Positions 29,332 to 40,008 of a DNA stretch of 64,000 nt are shown here, piece by piece; position 1 is the first letter of the stretch, and each line of letters opens with the position of its first letter. The notes beneath the pieces are model-generated. The model saw only the letters and a list, made by a program, of their open reading frames with translations. It searched no databases and was not told where the DNA came from. The stretch covers positions 1 through 64,000 of the IMG/VR virus record IMGVR_UViG_3300020220_003756. The stretch is one strand, 5' to 3'. A program made the translations under genes and the position numbers. Origin of the DNA: a virus.

Positions 29332-29975
29332 AGCGTAAGTTCGCTATTGCCTCCGCGACCAAAGACGCCTTTAGGAAACACGTTGAATGCTAGACTATAT
29401 CTTATTATATCAGATTCATTGATCAAAACGCTATGTGCCAACGTGCTGGGGAAAATCAATATGTCGTTGTGTGCGGGAATAAACACGCTGGCATCGGTGG
29501 TGAAATCGGTGGTTTCGTCGAAATCTATTCTGATAGTATCGTGCCACAAGGGTTTATATGATGGTTCTTTGTGGAAGGCTATACCCCCTGACCGTTCATC
29601 TACATTGAGATACATTACTCCGCTAATAAGACTATTGGCGTGTGTATGCATTGAACTGTAACCGCCTTTGACCACTTCATTGACCCACGATGTGGTTATC
29701 TGCCATGCTATGTCTTTTTGGCACTCTAAAATATTGAAGGCGAATGTGTCTACGTGATCCTGTACTTGCTTTTTCAGTCCAGAAAATTGTGGCAGGTCAA
29801 GGATATGCCGTTCTTTGGTTTCTTTATGCGTGATAAACTCGAGCATATACCTGTCATTGGTTTCCCATTCAAATCCGTTGGTTAATTTGTGATAGGTTAA
29901 AGTATCTACTCTGATCTTACTTCTATACACAGGAACAGGAAATAACTTGTGTACGGTATAATTTATCTGATCCAT
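29328..29975 (-). CDS. 2OG-Fe(II) oxygenase (TIGR02466-like), tandem paralog
   Basis: same motifs; shared RYSLAFNVFPKGVFG. Confidence 0.9.
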   Translation of the reverse strand: MDQINYTVHKLFPVPVYRSKIRVDTLTYHKLTNGFEWETNDRYMLEFITHKETKERHILDLPQFSGLKKQVQDHVDTFAFNILECQKDIAWQITTSWVNEVVKGGYSSMHTHANSLISGVMYLNVDERSGGIAFHKEPSYKPLWHDTIRIDFDETTDFTTDASVFIPAHNDILIFPSTLAHSVLINESDIIRYSLAFNVFPKGVFGRGGNSELTL

Positions 29976-30373
29976 CCTATCTTCTTTCCTGTGCTTTTTC
30001 GTTGATCGTATTCTGCAACACTACCTGGAAAACGCCAAGCCCATACAGCAACCAATGCCATAAACACAGCAGTGCTTAAAATACCAATAGGTTTGACACC
30101 GCCTGCCCACATCAACACAAGGCTCAGCGACATCATACCAATCATAAAGAATTTCATCTTTGTAGGGAACACACGTTTTTCGTTCCAGTTGGTGAGGAAT
30201 GGTCCAAACAGTCGATGATTATACAACCAACGATGCATGCGCTCGCTGCCTTTTGAAAAACAGTAGGCAGCGGCCACCACCCAGATGCTGTAAGGAAATC
30301 CCGGAGTCACCACGCCTACATAGGCTAAACCTAGGCAGAAGAATCCTAGGACGTTCCAAAATATTTTTTTCAT
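29963..30373 (-). CDS. YbaN/DUF454 membrane protein
   Basis: G..G...PG.P....AAYCFSKGSER.H.WL..H..FGP...W. Confidence 0.85.
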   Translation of the reverse strand: MKKIFWNVLGFFCLGLAYVGVVTPGFPYSIWVVAAAYCFSKGSERMHRWLYNHRLFGPFLTNWNEKRVFPTKMKFFMIGMMSLSLVLMWAGGVKPIGILSTAVFMALVAVWAWRFPGSVAEYDQRKSTGKKIGWIR

Positions 30374-30374
30374 A

Positions 30375-30638
30375 TCAATTTACGTTTACATTACCGCTGC
30401 CGGATGTCGCATGGCCGCAAGTGGCTATATCACCTGCTTTACATACGGGAATTCCGTTGGCAAACACATTGGCGCTGGCAGTGACCATCACTGGTGCTGC
30501 ATGAGGTCCTTTTCCATGGGGAATAACAGGAGCACCCAAAACCGTGACTGGAACCCCATTAGCAAACACTGTGGGAGCAAGGGCACCTACGATCGTGCCT
30601 CCTGCTTTGTCAACTCCTACTCTACTGATTCCAGGCAT
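30375..30638 (-). CDS. PAAR-family tail spike tip protein
   Basis: TVFANG.PV repeats, PH...PH, GD..TCGH...GS.NV. Confidence 0.9.
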   Translation of the reverse strand: MPGISRVGVDKAGGTIVGALAPTVFANGVPVTVLGAPVIPHGKGPHAAPVMVTASANVFANGIPVCKAGDIATCGHATSGSGNVNVN

Positions 30639-30640
30639 GA

Positions 30641-30934
30641 TTATCCCGCTATGGCTATGCCAGTGGTGCCTTGCGTATACTGGTTCGCGAATTCCTGTTC
30701 AGTGTTCACTATGACCATTACCGCAGATTTATCGATAGTAAGATCTTTTTCATGATCTACGGTAAACAAAAAAGGTACCATGCCCAATCCCTTAGGCCCA
30801 GCACTCAATGTCAATGGTTTTGAGATTTTATATCCGGTAGCAGTCGTTTCTACCAATTTGGCCAATATCTCTTCTCCGTTCACTAATTTTATCGTAACGA
30901 CTGATCCTTCGGTCAATCCTTTGTCAATTAACAT
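30641..30934 (-). CDS. conserved phage protein (Sm-like fold suspected)
   Basis: VVTIKLVNGEEILAK...Y...TTGI. Confidence 0.7.
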   Translation of the reverse strand: MLIDKGLTEGSVVTIKLVNGEEILAKLVETTATGYKISKPLTLSAGPKGLGMVPFLFTVDHEKDLTIDKSAVMVIVNTEQEFANQYTQGTTGIAIAG

Positions 30935-31163
30935 GTTTTTCCTTTGCGAAGTATGCTTTTAATTCTGTAAATCCACCTATCAATTTTTCATCTAAGAAAA
31001 TCTGCGGTAAGGTTCTTGCATTAGGTACTGCTTCGAGAAGTTCTTCGCGTGTGTAGCCATCACCGATTTTTCTTTCTTCAAATGCGATATCTTTCTGTGT
31101 CAGCAATGATTTGGCTTGATCACAGAACGTACAATTATATTTGCTCCAAACTACTGCTTTCAT
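30924..31163 (-). CDS. glutaredoxin
   Basis: CTFC, TLPQIF, IGGF; next to nrdAB. Confidence 0.93.
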   Translation of the reverse strand: MKAVVWSKYNCTFCDQAKSLLTQKDIAFEERKIGDGYTREELLEAVPNARTLPQIFLDEKLIGGFTELKAYFAKEKHVN

Positions 31164-31174
31164 CGTTTTCCTTT

Positions 31175-31345
31175 CTATGCCGAATAAACTGTTTTACCTT
31201 TGCTATCAACTACTCGTACCAATAATGCACCTGCACGTTTTTTTCTTAATGCTTCTGCGATGGCTGCGGATTCGTTGCTGAAAGAACTGGCATTCTTCCA
31301 AGAATCAAATGGGCTACGCATCTTATATTGTGCTTTGTAGTTCAT
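31175..31345 (-). CDS. 56 aa hypothetical protein (not in ORF track)
   Basis: MNYKAQYKMRSPFDSW...VRVVDSKGKTVYSA fills the nrdB-grx gap. Confidence 0.7.
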   Translation of the reverse strand: MNYKAQYKMRSPFDSWKNASSFSNESAAIAEALRKKRAGALLVRVVDSKGKTVYSA

Positions 31346-31347
31346 AA

Positions 31348-32448
31348 TTATATAGCCGGTAGCGACTCATAGTCAATATTTTCACTCATCACACCAATCA
31401 CATAATTGGTACTTTCGTTTTCTTGTAGAGCAGTTTGCTTCTTGCTGGTATCACTGTGTTTGTTGAACCAGGGAATAGGTGTAGTTCTTGGTGCTGCCTG
31501 CTGATATTTAATCCCAATTTCTTTTAGTGCGGTCAGGGCGGTATAATCTACGAAATCTTTGAGGATAGCAGCATTAAGTCCAATCACTGGACCTTTCTTG
31601 AACAGATAGTCGGCCCACTGTTTTTCCTCGACGATTACATCTGTGTACATTTTGTAGACTTCACTTTCGCACTCTTGTTTGGCTTCAACGAACCGCTCAT
31701 CTTCTTTGACCACCTGATTGATCAGATAAGCAGTCCACCCCTTGTGCAACAGTTCGTCTTGTAGGATCAGCCCGATGATATTGCCGTTACCGATGAAGAT
31801 CTTGTTCTCTACCATAGCGAGGCTAGTAGCGAAACTTACCATGAAGCGGAAGGCTTCTAGGGCGTATGAAGCGTTCAGTGCGAGCCAGATGGCCCGGATG
31901 TGTTCTTTTTCCGTGATCGTTTCACCCATCTCCTTGCGGCAGTTAACAAGGTGTAGGTCGTCGTAATATTTCCCCACACTTGAAGCCATATCCACGATTT
32001 CTTTAGTATCATGGATGGTATTAAAAACATCTTTAGGAACATTATAGATATTACGGATGATATGGCTATAACTGCGGCTATGGATATTCGTTTCAAAAAA
32101 GGTCCAATTGTAAACAAGGGCTTCTAACTCCGGTAATGAAACAACAGGGGTGAAGATTTGGCTAGGTCCTCTACCCTGTAGGCTATCCAATGCGGTCTGC
32201 CTTAATAGATTAGATGTGAAGATATGTTTGACAGCATCAGATGCATCCTTGAAATCCTGCGCATCTTTGGTGAGGCTGATCTCTTCAGGCTGCCAAAAAA
32301 ACCCTCTGGCGGTTGTTTCGAAATCTGAGATCTTTTTATATTTGACTTCTTCGAATCTCTGTATGGTCACGGGACCGGCAGGATCGAGAAACATTTTTCG
32401 ATTTAGATAATCTGTGGTGTGTGTTAAATCATATTGTGCTAAACTCAT
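31348..32448 (-). CDS. nrdB: ribonucleotide reductase class Ia beta subunit
   Basis: FFWQPEE, QTALDSLQG, ETNIHSRSY, LEAFRF, DELLH. Confidence 0.97.
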   Translation of the reverse strand: MSLAQYDLTHTTDYLNRKMFLDPAGPVTIQRFEEVKYKKISDFETTARGFFWQPEEISLTKDAQDFKDASDAVKHIFTSNLLRQTALDSLQGRGPSQIFTPVVSLPELEALVYNWTFFETNIHSRSYSHIIRNIYNVPKDVFNTIHDTKEIVDMASSVGKYYDDLHLVNCRKEMGETITEKEHIRAIWLALNASYALEAFRFMVSFATSLAMVENKIFIGNGNIIGLILQDELLHKGWTAYLINQVVKEDERFVEAKQECESEVYKMYTDVIVEEKQWADYLFKKGPVIGLNAAILKDFVDYTALTALKEIGIKYQQAAPRTTPIPWFNKHSDTSKKQTALQENESTNYVIGVMSENIDYESLPAI

Positions 32449-34784
32449 AATTTGCAGGCCTCGCAGTCTTCTTCTAATAATTCATTTGGTTCTATATGAT
32501 ACCCATTGATCTTTTCATGATATCCATTGATGCTCGGAATGTCTTCTTGTTTGGCACCAGATTTATTGATTAGACTGTAATAGAATGTTTTCAGTCCCCA
32601 TTTATGAGCCAACATTAAATTTTTAACGATCAATGTTGTTGGGACTTTTCGATCCGAAAAATGTGCTGGATTATAAAATGTATTGGTTGAAATGCTCTGA
32701 TCAACGTATGCTGACAATACTGCTGCAGTTTTGATATAGTGAACGCAATCTGATTGTTCCCACATCAATTGATATTTGTTTTTTAATTTATGATAGTCCG
32801 GGACTACCTGGGTGAAAGAACCTGCTTTTGATTCTTTGGTGGAGATCAAACTCATAGGCATCTCAATTCCGTTAGTGCTGTTAATGACCACCGAACTAGA
32901 TTCTACGGGTGCGATGGCCATCAATGTGGCATTACGAACGCCATGCTGTTTCATTTCTTTACGCAACGATTCCCAGTCTAATTCAGGCGTAAAATTAGTC
33001 AATTCATCGACACCTTTGCTTCTTAGTTCCCAAGGGAAAATACCTTGACCATAGCGAGTTTTATCGCTGTCTAAACAGCGGCCTCTTTCTTTGGCTAATT
33101 CTACAGTTGCCTCAGTTAGATAGTAGGCCTGATGCTCGATCCAACTTTTCACTTCTGCCAGAGCATCTTTCTCACCGTATTGTAACCCACGTTTAGCATG
33201 CCAGTAGGCGAGGTTGGTAACACCAATGCCTAGAGGCTGTATCTCATCGTTCGAGAGTTTGCTCTGTATCGACAAGAAGTCCTGGTAGTCAAGAATGTTA
33301 CACAGGCTACGCTGTAGGATACGACAGGCCCTACGCATGTCCTCTGGATTCCGGAACGATCCCCAGTTGATAGATCCCAGTGTACATAACGCTATGCGAC
33401 CATCTTCGTCGTCTAATCGCTTAAATGGACGTGTGGGTAATAGGATCTCACAGCACAGGTTACTTTGATAAATCGTATGGTATTCGGGATCAAATGGCCC
33501 CTGATTCATGACATTATCAATGAATACGAGATATATTCGACCTGTGTCTGTGCGTTCTTTCAGTATACCACCCTTGAAAACATCTTCAGCATTCATGACC
33601 TTTTTGCGCAGATCCCGACGCTTCTCATATTTCACATACAGTTCTTCGAATAAGTTCGAATCTTTGTAGAAGGCTTCATACAGGTCAGGAACTTCGTTGG
33701 GGTCAAAGAATGTTATATTTTCTCGGTTCTTGAATCTACGCCAAAAGAACGCTGACAATACGACACCGTAGTCCATGTGTCGGACACGAGTTTCTTCTGT
33801 ACCTTGGTTGTTCTTGAGTACGATTAAATCATCAAATTGGTGATGCCATATAGGATAGAATACGGTGGCTGAAGCGTTTCTGATGCCGCCTTGTGAGCAC
33901 GAACGTAGGTCGCCAAACCACTTCTTAAGAAATGGGATCATTCCGGTGTGCATGATCTCCCCACCTCTGATGGGACTACCCAGGGGGCGGAGGCGACCAA
34001 TCTCCAAACCGATGCCAGCTCGCTTGCTGGCATACTTGGCCATCATTTCACCACTAGCGAATATGCTATCAAGGTCATCATCGCTGCGAATAAGCACACA
34101 AGAACTAAATTGTTTGGTAGGAGTACCAAGCCCAGCAAGCACAGGGGTAGCCAAAGTAAAAAGACCATCACTAGCAGCATTATAATATTCCTTGATATAG
34201 CGCATACGAGCCGAATTTGGTTCTTCTTTATGGAACACTGTGGCTGCAGCGATCATGTAACGCACCTGTGGTGTTTCATAGATTTCTTTAGTGGCACGAT
34301 TGCGCACAAGATATTTTTCGATCAACTGTTCGATGGCTGCGTAACTATATTCTTCATCTTTACTATGATCAATAATCTCTTCCATCTTGTCCCATTCTTC
34401 TTCCGAATACCATTCAAGCAGTTCTGGAGTATACAGTCCTGTTTCGACATTACGTTTTACTATGTCATAGAGGCGGGGAGGTGTGTAGTCTCCATATACG
34501 TCCTTGCGCAACATGCTTAATCTCTGTTTGCCTGCTACAAATTGGTAGTTGGTATGGCCAACATCTGGATTATTTTCTACATCGATAAGGTCTACGATAG
34601 CCCTGAGAGTTATTCCGTCGACTTCTCTAGTAGTGATGCCATCATAAAAATGTAACTGAGCCTTGATTTCTATCATCGATTGGCTAACATCTGCGATGCC
34701 TTTACAAATTTTTGCCACCTGGGCCTGCCATTTCTCGATCATTAATGGCTCTTTTTTCCCATCTCTCTTAATCACTGTGATCAT
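32445..34784 (-). CDS. nrdA: ribonucleotide reductase class Ia alpha subunit
   Basis: ATP cone, FSSCVL, QSNLCCEI, KTFYY, C-terminal CEAC. Confidence 0.98.
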   Translation of the reverse strand: MITVIKRDGKKEPLMIEKWQAQVAKICKGIADVSQSMIEIKAQLHFYDGITTREVDGITLRAIVDLIDVENNPDVGHTNYQFVAGKQRLSMLRKDVYGDYTPPRLYDIVKRNVETGLYTPELLEWYSEEEWDKMEEIIDHSKDEEYSYAAIEQLIEKYLVRNRATKEIYETPQVRYMIAAATVFHKEEPNSARMRYIKEYYNAASDGLFTLATPVLAGLGTPTKQFSSCVLIRSDDDLDSIFASGEMMAKYASKRAGIGLEIGRLRPLGSPIRGGEIMHTGMIPFLKKWFGDLRSCSQGGIRNASATVFYPIWHHQFDDLIVLKNNQGTEETRVRHMDYGVVLSAFFWRRFKNRENITFFDPNEVPDLYEAFYKDSNLFEELYVKYEKRRDLRKKVMNAEDVFKGGILKERTDTGRIYLVFIDNVMNQGPFDPEYHTIYQSNLCCEILLPTRPFKRLDDEDGRIALCTLGSINWGSFRNPEDMRRACRILQRSLCNILDYQDFLSIQSKLSNDEIQPLGIGVTNLAYWHAKRGLQYGEKDALAEVKSWIEHQAYYLTEATVELAKERGRCLDSDKTRYGQGIFPWELRSKGVDELTNFTPELDWESLRKEMKQHGVRNATLMAIAPVESSSVVINSTNGIEMPMSLISTKESKAGSFTQVVPDYHKLKNKYQLMWEQSDCVHYIKTAAVLSAYVDQSISTNTFYNPAHFSDRKVPTTLIVKNLMLAHKWGLKTFYYSLINKSGAKQEDIPSINGYHEKINGYHIEPNELLEEDCEACKL

Positions 34785-34807
34785 CTATGTCTCTCGAAGT
34801 CTGATAT

Positions 34808-35233
34808 TTATGGCAATTCGTGTCCGGCCCAAATTTTGTCTGTGCGGATTTGATCAAATGATTTTCTATCATCAACACTGCGTGGAGTGAGATTTAGAAC
34901 ATGATTGTGATCTACTACTAGAAAAAATCTTTTATTATGTTTCTCTGGAAGCATAGACATATGTATCTCGCATTTGGTATCCATAAACCGCTGTGTTAAT
35001 TTCAAAGTATACAACATTCCTAGACAGATAGCAAGATCATCTAATTTGAGATCTAGAATCAGATGCCACGGATCAGGCCAATCGGCAGGATTTTTTGGAT
35101 CGAGATATGGATTAACGAACGGAGCACGGCTCCAGAGATCTGCAACACGGACCAAGGGTTCTTGATCCAATTCCAAACTATCTCTAAATCTTTTCCATTC
35201 GTTTAATCTATCTACGCCGTGTAGATCAAACAC
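34808..35233 (-). CDS. conserved hypothetical phage protein
   Basis: 141 aa; WPDPW, LGMLYTL. Confidence 0.75.
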   Translation of the reverse strand: MFDLHGVDRLNEWKRFRDSLELDQEPLVRVADLWSRAPFVNPYLDPKNPADWPDPWHLILDLKLDDLAICLGMLYTLKLTQRFMDTKCEIHMSMLPEKHNKRFFLVVDHNHVLNLTPRSVDDRKSFDQIRTDKIWAGHELP

Positions 35234-36818
35234 CGTAGGTGATAGAGTACGAAATAGTTCCTGTCGTGCCAGTTGACAAAGGATTCGTATATGACAACAG
35301 GATAGTTTCTAAACCGCTATCCCCGTTATTATCTCTTAATTCTACATTAAATTGAAAATTTGTCATAAGAATTCCCCCTGGATCTGTTATAAACGGAGTT
35401 GAATATGCGTAATTATCTGCGAAAGATATCGATCCTTGGTCGTCGGGAGTCATGATGATGATCTGCCCTGCCCTAGAATGAACGCCCAGATTCAATACAT
35501 AATCTATATAGGTATATCTATTGTAACCACTGAATACTGCCAACGGTCTAAAACTATCAGAAAGATAGATATCTGCATAATTCATATCAATCAGACTAGT
35601 TTTGCTTGAATTTAAGACTTCAACTTCGGCGCCTTTGGTAGCCACATTGGTAAATCCGCCTTGTTGATGTCTGTTGATCGAGCAGTCAACGACGATATTT
35701 GCATTGGATTGCCCGAATGATATTATATCTGTGATAGGAGTCGCTGCAGTATTGATTTCATTACCACAATTAATAAAAGAAGATCTTTGTATTTTAGTTC
35801 CAATACCATAGTTAGATACAAAACCTCTTGCAAATATTTCTTCAAATTTACAGCCGTTGATATTCCAGCGATTTCCCTGATTAGTTATCCCGTTGATTAA
35901 TATCCCTGTGTGTCCTACTGAGAACTGACAGTTCTCAAAATCTATGCGTGTGTCGTATATGGGCGGATTACTAGGATCCACAGTAATTTGATCTGATCTC
36001 ACTGACAAAAGATTTGATTCCCAAATACAGTCACGAAAGGTTATATCTGTTACTTTGGTTCCGGGCAAACTATTCTCCCACTTGACTGCAGCAGTCTGTG
36101 AAGATATAGATCCAGTGAATGCGTCCCCTAATTCATATTCTGAAACCCATTTAACATTTTCAAAGGTAGAATCGTATACTCCTGTAATGTCAGTTTGACC
36201 AACGCTTCGACTGATTGTTAAATCTTTTATTTTTACATTTTGAGGACGATTGCTGCTGGTAAATTCCGCAACTTCTTCGCCGTTGCTGCCAACGAACAAT
36301 ATGTTATTAGCGTTAAATTCTAATCTCGCTCCGTCTCTGGTTTCACCTTGTAATATAGCAGTACTGGGAATTCTAAGGTTTCCGGCGAATATGTAAACAC
36401 CGTTAGGTATATAGAGTATTTTTTTAAATCTACTATCGAGATTTCTAAATAACTCATTCATGGCATTCTCAAAAGCACTAGAATTGTCAGTGCTACCATC
36501 CGGTACTGCTCCGAAATCTAATACGCTGACATATTCGTCTAGTTTCGTTTGCAGAGATCTCGGAATGCTGAGAGAAATAGAAGGTTCCGGTTCTGCGAAT
36601 TGATAACTAGATGCTAATTCTAAGATATTATCGTGCTCTGTGAGGATTTTCGTATTACCCACATAAGGGGCACCTTCAGCAATTGAACCATTGCCTATAA
36701 ATAATTCTTGGCTGTCCACTGCCCATGCGAATTCTGCCGAACTTAATTGAGGGACACCTATTCCTGAATTTTTTTGGCCACGTCTGACCTGGATTTTTGA
36801 GATTTGCACAACGGCCAC
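35226..36818 (-). CDS. virion/tail-associated protein with pectate-lyase-like beta-helix
   Basis: MAVVQISKIQVRRG...ELFIG; VSVLDFGAVPDGSTD...LYIPNGVY; late promoter upstream. Confidence 0.8.
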   Translation of the reverse strand: MAVVQISKIQVRRGQKNSGIGVPQLSSAEFAWAVDSQELFIGNGSIAEGAPYVGNTKILTEHDNILELASSYQFAEPEPSISLSIPRSLQTKLDEYVSVLDFGAVPDGSTDNSSAFENAMNELFRNLDSRFKKILYIPNGVYIFAGNLRIPSTAILQGETRDGARLEFNANNILFVGSNGEEVAEFTSSNRPQNVKIKDLTISRSVGQTDITGVYDSTFENVKWVSEYELGDAFTGSISSQTAAVKWENSLPGTKVTDITFRDCIWESNLLSVRSDQITVDPSNPPIYDTRIDFENCQFSVGHTGILINGITNQGNRWNINGCKFEEIFARGFVSNYGIGTKIQRSSFINCGNEINTAATPITDIISFGQSNANIVVDCSINRHQQGGFTNVATKGAEVEVLNSSKTSLIDMNYADIYLSDSFRPLAVFSGYNRYTYIDYVLNLGVHSRAGQIIIMTPDDQGSISFADNYAYSTPFITDPGGILMTNFQFNVELRDNNGDSGLETILLSYTNPLSTGTTGTISYSITYGV

Positions 36819-36846
36819 GATTGTATCCTCTAACTTTATAGAGTAT

Positions 36847-37548
36847 TTATCTTAGGCTAGTGTAGTATTCCTCTACCTTGTTAAGCCACAGATCTTGGTA
36901 CTTGTTGAAGTCCGAGGGCCATAGATCAAACTGCTGGTATTCGCAGTTACGAGAGCACATAAACACATGTCCTTCGCGGATGTCTGTGCCGTAAACTTCA
37001 TTATGTGCTAGTATATAGGCTATCAGTTGTATTTTATAATCTTCCACCCACTCTTCTTTCTTGGGCTTGTTGGTCTGTTTATAATCTGCGATGCAGGGAT
37101 TATCCTCGTACACGGCTACTAGGTCAGTGGTCCCAGAATAGAGTCCTGGAAAGTAAAGGCTCTGCTCCATGGCCCATACTTCATTGATTTTAGACAGACC
37201 ATTAGAAATAATCACGTCCGCCATAGCATTAGCCTGGATATGAACAGGATTGTTGCCAGGTTGGCGTTGTATACCTGCAATGAATCTTTCTAGATTGCTG
37301 TGCATGGCTGTGCCTACTCCCGCGGCTTCTGTGGTAATCTGCCTAGCTTTCTCTTCTCCTATGCGTTTCTTCCATTCGTTTAACGCTGTCATATCTTTGG
37401 TGGCGCCGAGGATAGTCGTAACACTAGGAAGATGTTCTCCGTCGGGGGTTAGATAAACACGCTTGCGAGTCACAGGATCATTGATCTGCTGACAAGGCTT
37501 ATATTGGATTTTTTCGACGAACGGAGGCGGAGTGTGTTGTATTTGCAT
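36847..37548 (-). CDS. PD-(D/E)XK exonuclease
   Basis: PSVTTIL, GTAMH, E...YSGTTD...ADYK, Q..AY; promoter TTGACA-17-TAATAT at 37556-37584. Confidence 0.9.
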   Translation of the reverse strand: MQIQHTPPPFVEKIQYKPCQQINDPVTRKRVYLTPDGEHLPSVTTILGATKDMTALNEWKKRIGEEKARQITTEAAGVGTAMHSNLERFIAGIQRQPGNNPVHIQANAMADVIISNGLSKINEVWAMEQSLYFPGLYSGTTDLVAVYEDNPCIADYKQTNKPKKEEWVEDYKIQLIAYILAHNEVYGTDIREGHVFMCSRNCEYQQFDLWPSDFNKYQDLWLNKVEEYYTSLR

Positions 37549-37580
37549 CCTATATATATTACAGGATTATTTCGGAATTG

Positions 37581-37967
37581 TCAAATCTGAGGTGTCGTTT
37601 GGCTCTGTGATAATTGTCCCGCGGCCGCTGATGCCGCAGTTTTGTCTACGACATCCTGGCTGGTTTCTCCGCCTTGAGTAGGTTCTTGTTCTGCTGCATC
37701 TTTGGGCGCTCCGGGAACATTTAATTCCACACCTTTGTCGTTGAAATTCTTAACCAAATTTTGTATCGCAGGGCTGGCATCATACATGGCTTTGAATGTT
37801 TCATAATCTGCAGAGACTTCAAAGCCATTGCTGCGTAAGACCTGTTGTAACCCGTTCCAGTTTAATTTAGCAGGTGCTTTTTTAGAAGCAGCGCGACCTA
37901 TATAGTTACGAAGAACCATAACGAACTTGTCCACACCTTGGTCACCTGCGAATTCAAAAAATCTCAT
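37581..37967 (-). CDS. hypothetical protein (MRFFEF N-terminus)
   Basis: 128 aa, ATGA-coupled. Confidence 0.75.
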   Translation of the reverse strand: MRFFEFAGDQGVDKFVMVLRNYIGRAASKKAPAKLNWNGLQQVLRSNGFEVSADYETFKAMYDASPAIQNLVKNFNDKGVELNVPGAPKDAAEQEPTQGGETSQDVVDKTAASAAAGQLSQSQTTPQI

Positions 37968-38251
37968 CCTAGGCTCGCCAATTGTTTTCGAGTATCGGCC
38001 AACTGCTGTTCGAGTTGCTTGATCTGATCTTGCAGTTGTTTTTTTTGATCTTGCTGTTGTTTTGCTGCCAATGCTGCTTGTTTTGGATCTAAGCCACCGG
38101 GAGGTTGTCCGCTCTGCGGTGGGGTTTGACCTGGAGTGGGTCGTCCCGGTGCGGCCTGGCCTGGTGGGCTTCCGGGCGTTGGGGCGGGAGTTGGTGCCAG
38201 TTCTTTGACCTGTAAGAAATCGCCGACACTGATGATATCAGAAAATCTCAT
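37964..38251 (-). CDS. Pro/Gln-rich coiled-coil protein
   Basis: 95 aa, coupled on both sides. Confidence 0.7.
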   Translation of the reverse strand: MRFSDIISVGDFLQVKELAPTPAPTPGSPPGQAAPGRPTPGQTPPQSGQPPGGLDPKQAALAAKQQQDQKKQLQDQIKQLEQQLADTRKQLASLG

Positions 38252-39513
38252 TAGCCTGCTAATACTTTTAGTAAACGACTTTGATAGTTGATGCTTTCTC
38301 GCTGTTCGCGACCTGCGGCTTCAACTCCTCCTGCGGCTGGTTCTGCCGCGGCAAATTCATCGGCGGCTGGTTCTTCGGCTGGCATATTCATTTCATCTGG
38401 TGGTGCCGCGGCCATGTCGCCTTCGGCACCCGGTTCAGCACCTAGCATGCCTGCGGCTTGTTCTTCTCCTGTGAGTGCGCGAACGCCGGTTGATAGTGTT
38501 TCTCTCGCACTTTTTAAATTTTCGAGTGCTTGCTGGATGGCAGGTGCCACTGTAGAAATAAAATTCTTAGCCTGCTCTTGTCCCATCTCGTCACGGATCG
38601 AATCACCTAGCTGGAGCAAGGTATCATTCTCCATGCCAGAAAGTTCTTCAATCCAGCGGCCTACTCTGTCTACCATTGTCTTGGCTGTAACGATCGCACT
38701 GGCCTGTTGGATCTCGCCTTCTGTTACCTTAGTCATTTCATCTCCTTGATTGACTGATTCATTTTTTTCTTTGTTGTGTTGCTTCCATGCTGTCGCATAG
38801 GCGATCGAACGTTCTTTATCTGTTAGTTTTCCATCATCGGCATAGCCTTTCTTGATGTGCTTGACCATACGCTCGGCCTTGGCTCCTGGAGGCGCTTTTT
38901 CGATCTGGATACTTTCATAATCCTCGTCTGAACCGTGACCTGCTGACGCTAGAGCATAGCCGTCATCGGTCTCTCCACCTTCGTCTTCAGAATCATTGCC
39001 ACCGTGCTCATCAACTATCTTGTCCCACAGTATCTCGATCATCTTGTCGTAATCGTTGATGACATCGTTCATGCCTTTTGAGGCCAGCTCGTCTTTGACT
39101 TCATCCATCATGTTTTGTAGAACATCCGCCACATTTGGGCCCATTTCGCCTTCTAGTGCAGCGACAAGATCTTCTTCATCTCCTCTGTCTGCTAATGTCT
39201 GTAGATCTATATCGATCTCGCTCATACCTTCATCTACATCTGCTTCGATGATGTGTTCATCGCGTTCTGCGATCTCAGAGTTGATAGCATCCAGCATCCA
39301 TTGAGCCTGATGATAAGCATCATTTTCTAGATTTTCGTTAAACCCGCTCTGTCCACGGATCTGGCTTACCTGTGTGCGTAGTTTGTTGCGAGCATCATGC
39401 AGTTGTGCTAGATCAAAATTTTCTAGGTTGACGGTTTTTCCGAAAACTTTGAGTATGCTTTCGTTTAATCGCTTGCTTGATCTATTAATTTTAAAAAGGT
39501 CTGTGGTTTTCAT
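38251..39513 (-). CDS. acidic probable head-assembly/internal protein
   Basis: very acidic, MKTTDLF start, late promoter. Confidence 0.75.
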   Translation of the reverse strand: MKTTDLFKINRSSKRLNESILKVFGKTVNLENFDLAQLHDARNKLRTQVSQIRGQSGFNENLENDAYHQAQWMLDAINSEIAERDEHIIEADVDEGMSEIDIDLQTLADRGDEEDLVAALEGEMGPNVADVLQNMMDEVKDELASKGMNDVINDYDKMIEILWDKIVDEHGGNDSEDEGGETDDGYALASAGHGSDEDYESIQIEKAPPGAKAERMVKHIKKGYADDGKLTDKERSIAYATAWKQHNKEKNESVNQGDEMTKVTEGEIQQASAIVTAKTMVDRVGRWIEELSGMENDTLLQLGDSIRDEMGQEQAKNFISTVAPAIQQALENLKSARETLSTGVRALTGEEQAAGMLGAEPGAEGDMAAAPPDEMNMPAEEPAADEFAAAEPAAGGVEAAGREQRESINYQSRLLKVLAG

Positions 39514-39544
39514 ATTGTCCAATCCAGGATTATGTATTATTTAT

Positions 39545-39985
39545 TCAATCGTCTGCCAAAGTCTTAGCGATATTTTTAGATTTTTCTGCTCTATCTCTGC
39601 TTTCTATGTACCGAGAATACAGCATGTCAGCACGATCGTAATCTGGTTTTTCTAAGGCTTTTCTGTGCTGTGTGCGCAGTATCTGACTGTCGACGAACCA
39701 TTTTCCATATTCCTGATCTGCGGCATATATTTTTTGTATCTGGATAGAACTAGGATTCCTATAACATAGATTAGCTAATTTTATAGCCACTGCATTGAGG
39801 TAGACATTGACAAACAGCATTTGATCTCTTTTTTTGATGTGTTTTAAATTTCCTTCGCTGATTATCAAAACATCTCCGACTAATATTCCTTCATCAGTTT
39901 TTATGGGAAGGATTTGATCTGCCTGTATCAGTTTCTTCTGTGCAGAATTTATGAATCTATCTAGACGTTTAGAAATATCAGTCAT
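39545..39985 (-). CDS. hypothetical protein
   Basis: 146 aa. Confidence 0.7.
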   Translation of the reverse strand: MTDISKRLDRFINSAQKKLIQADQILPIKTDEGILVGDVLIISEGNLKHIKKRDQMLFVNVYLNAVAIKLANLCYRNPSSIQIQKIYAADQEYGKWFVDSQILRTQHRKALEKPDYDRADMLYSRYIESRDRAEKSKNIAKTLADD

Positions 39986-40008
39986 AAAAAAAAGGACCTA
40001 TGGTCCTT
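39986..40008 (-). terminator. intrinsic terminator
   Basis: AAGGACC-ATA-GGTCCTT followed by a T tract. Confidence 0.65.

Noticed and set aside
31348-34784. Introns or inteins in nrdA/nrdB
   Set aside because: Both ORFs are uninterrupted and of normal length
36847-37548. Cas4-like nuclease as evidence of CRISPR
   Set aside because: Lacks the Fe-S Cys cluster and any cas context; a common phage exonuclease
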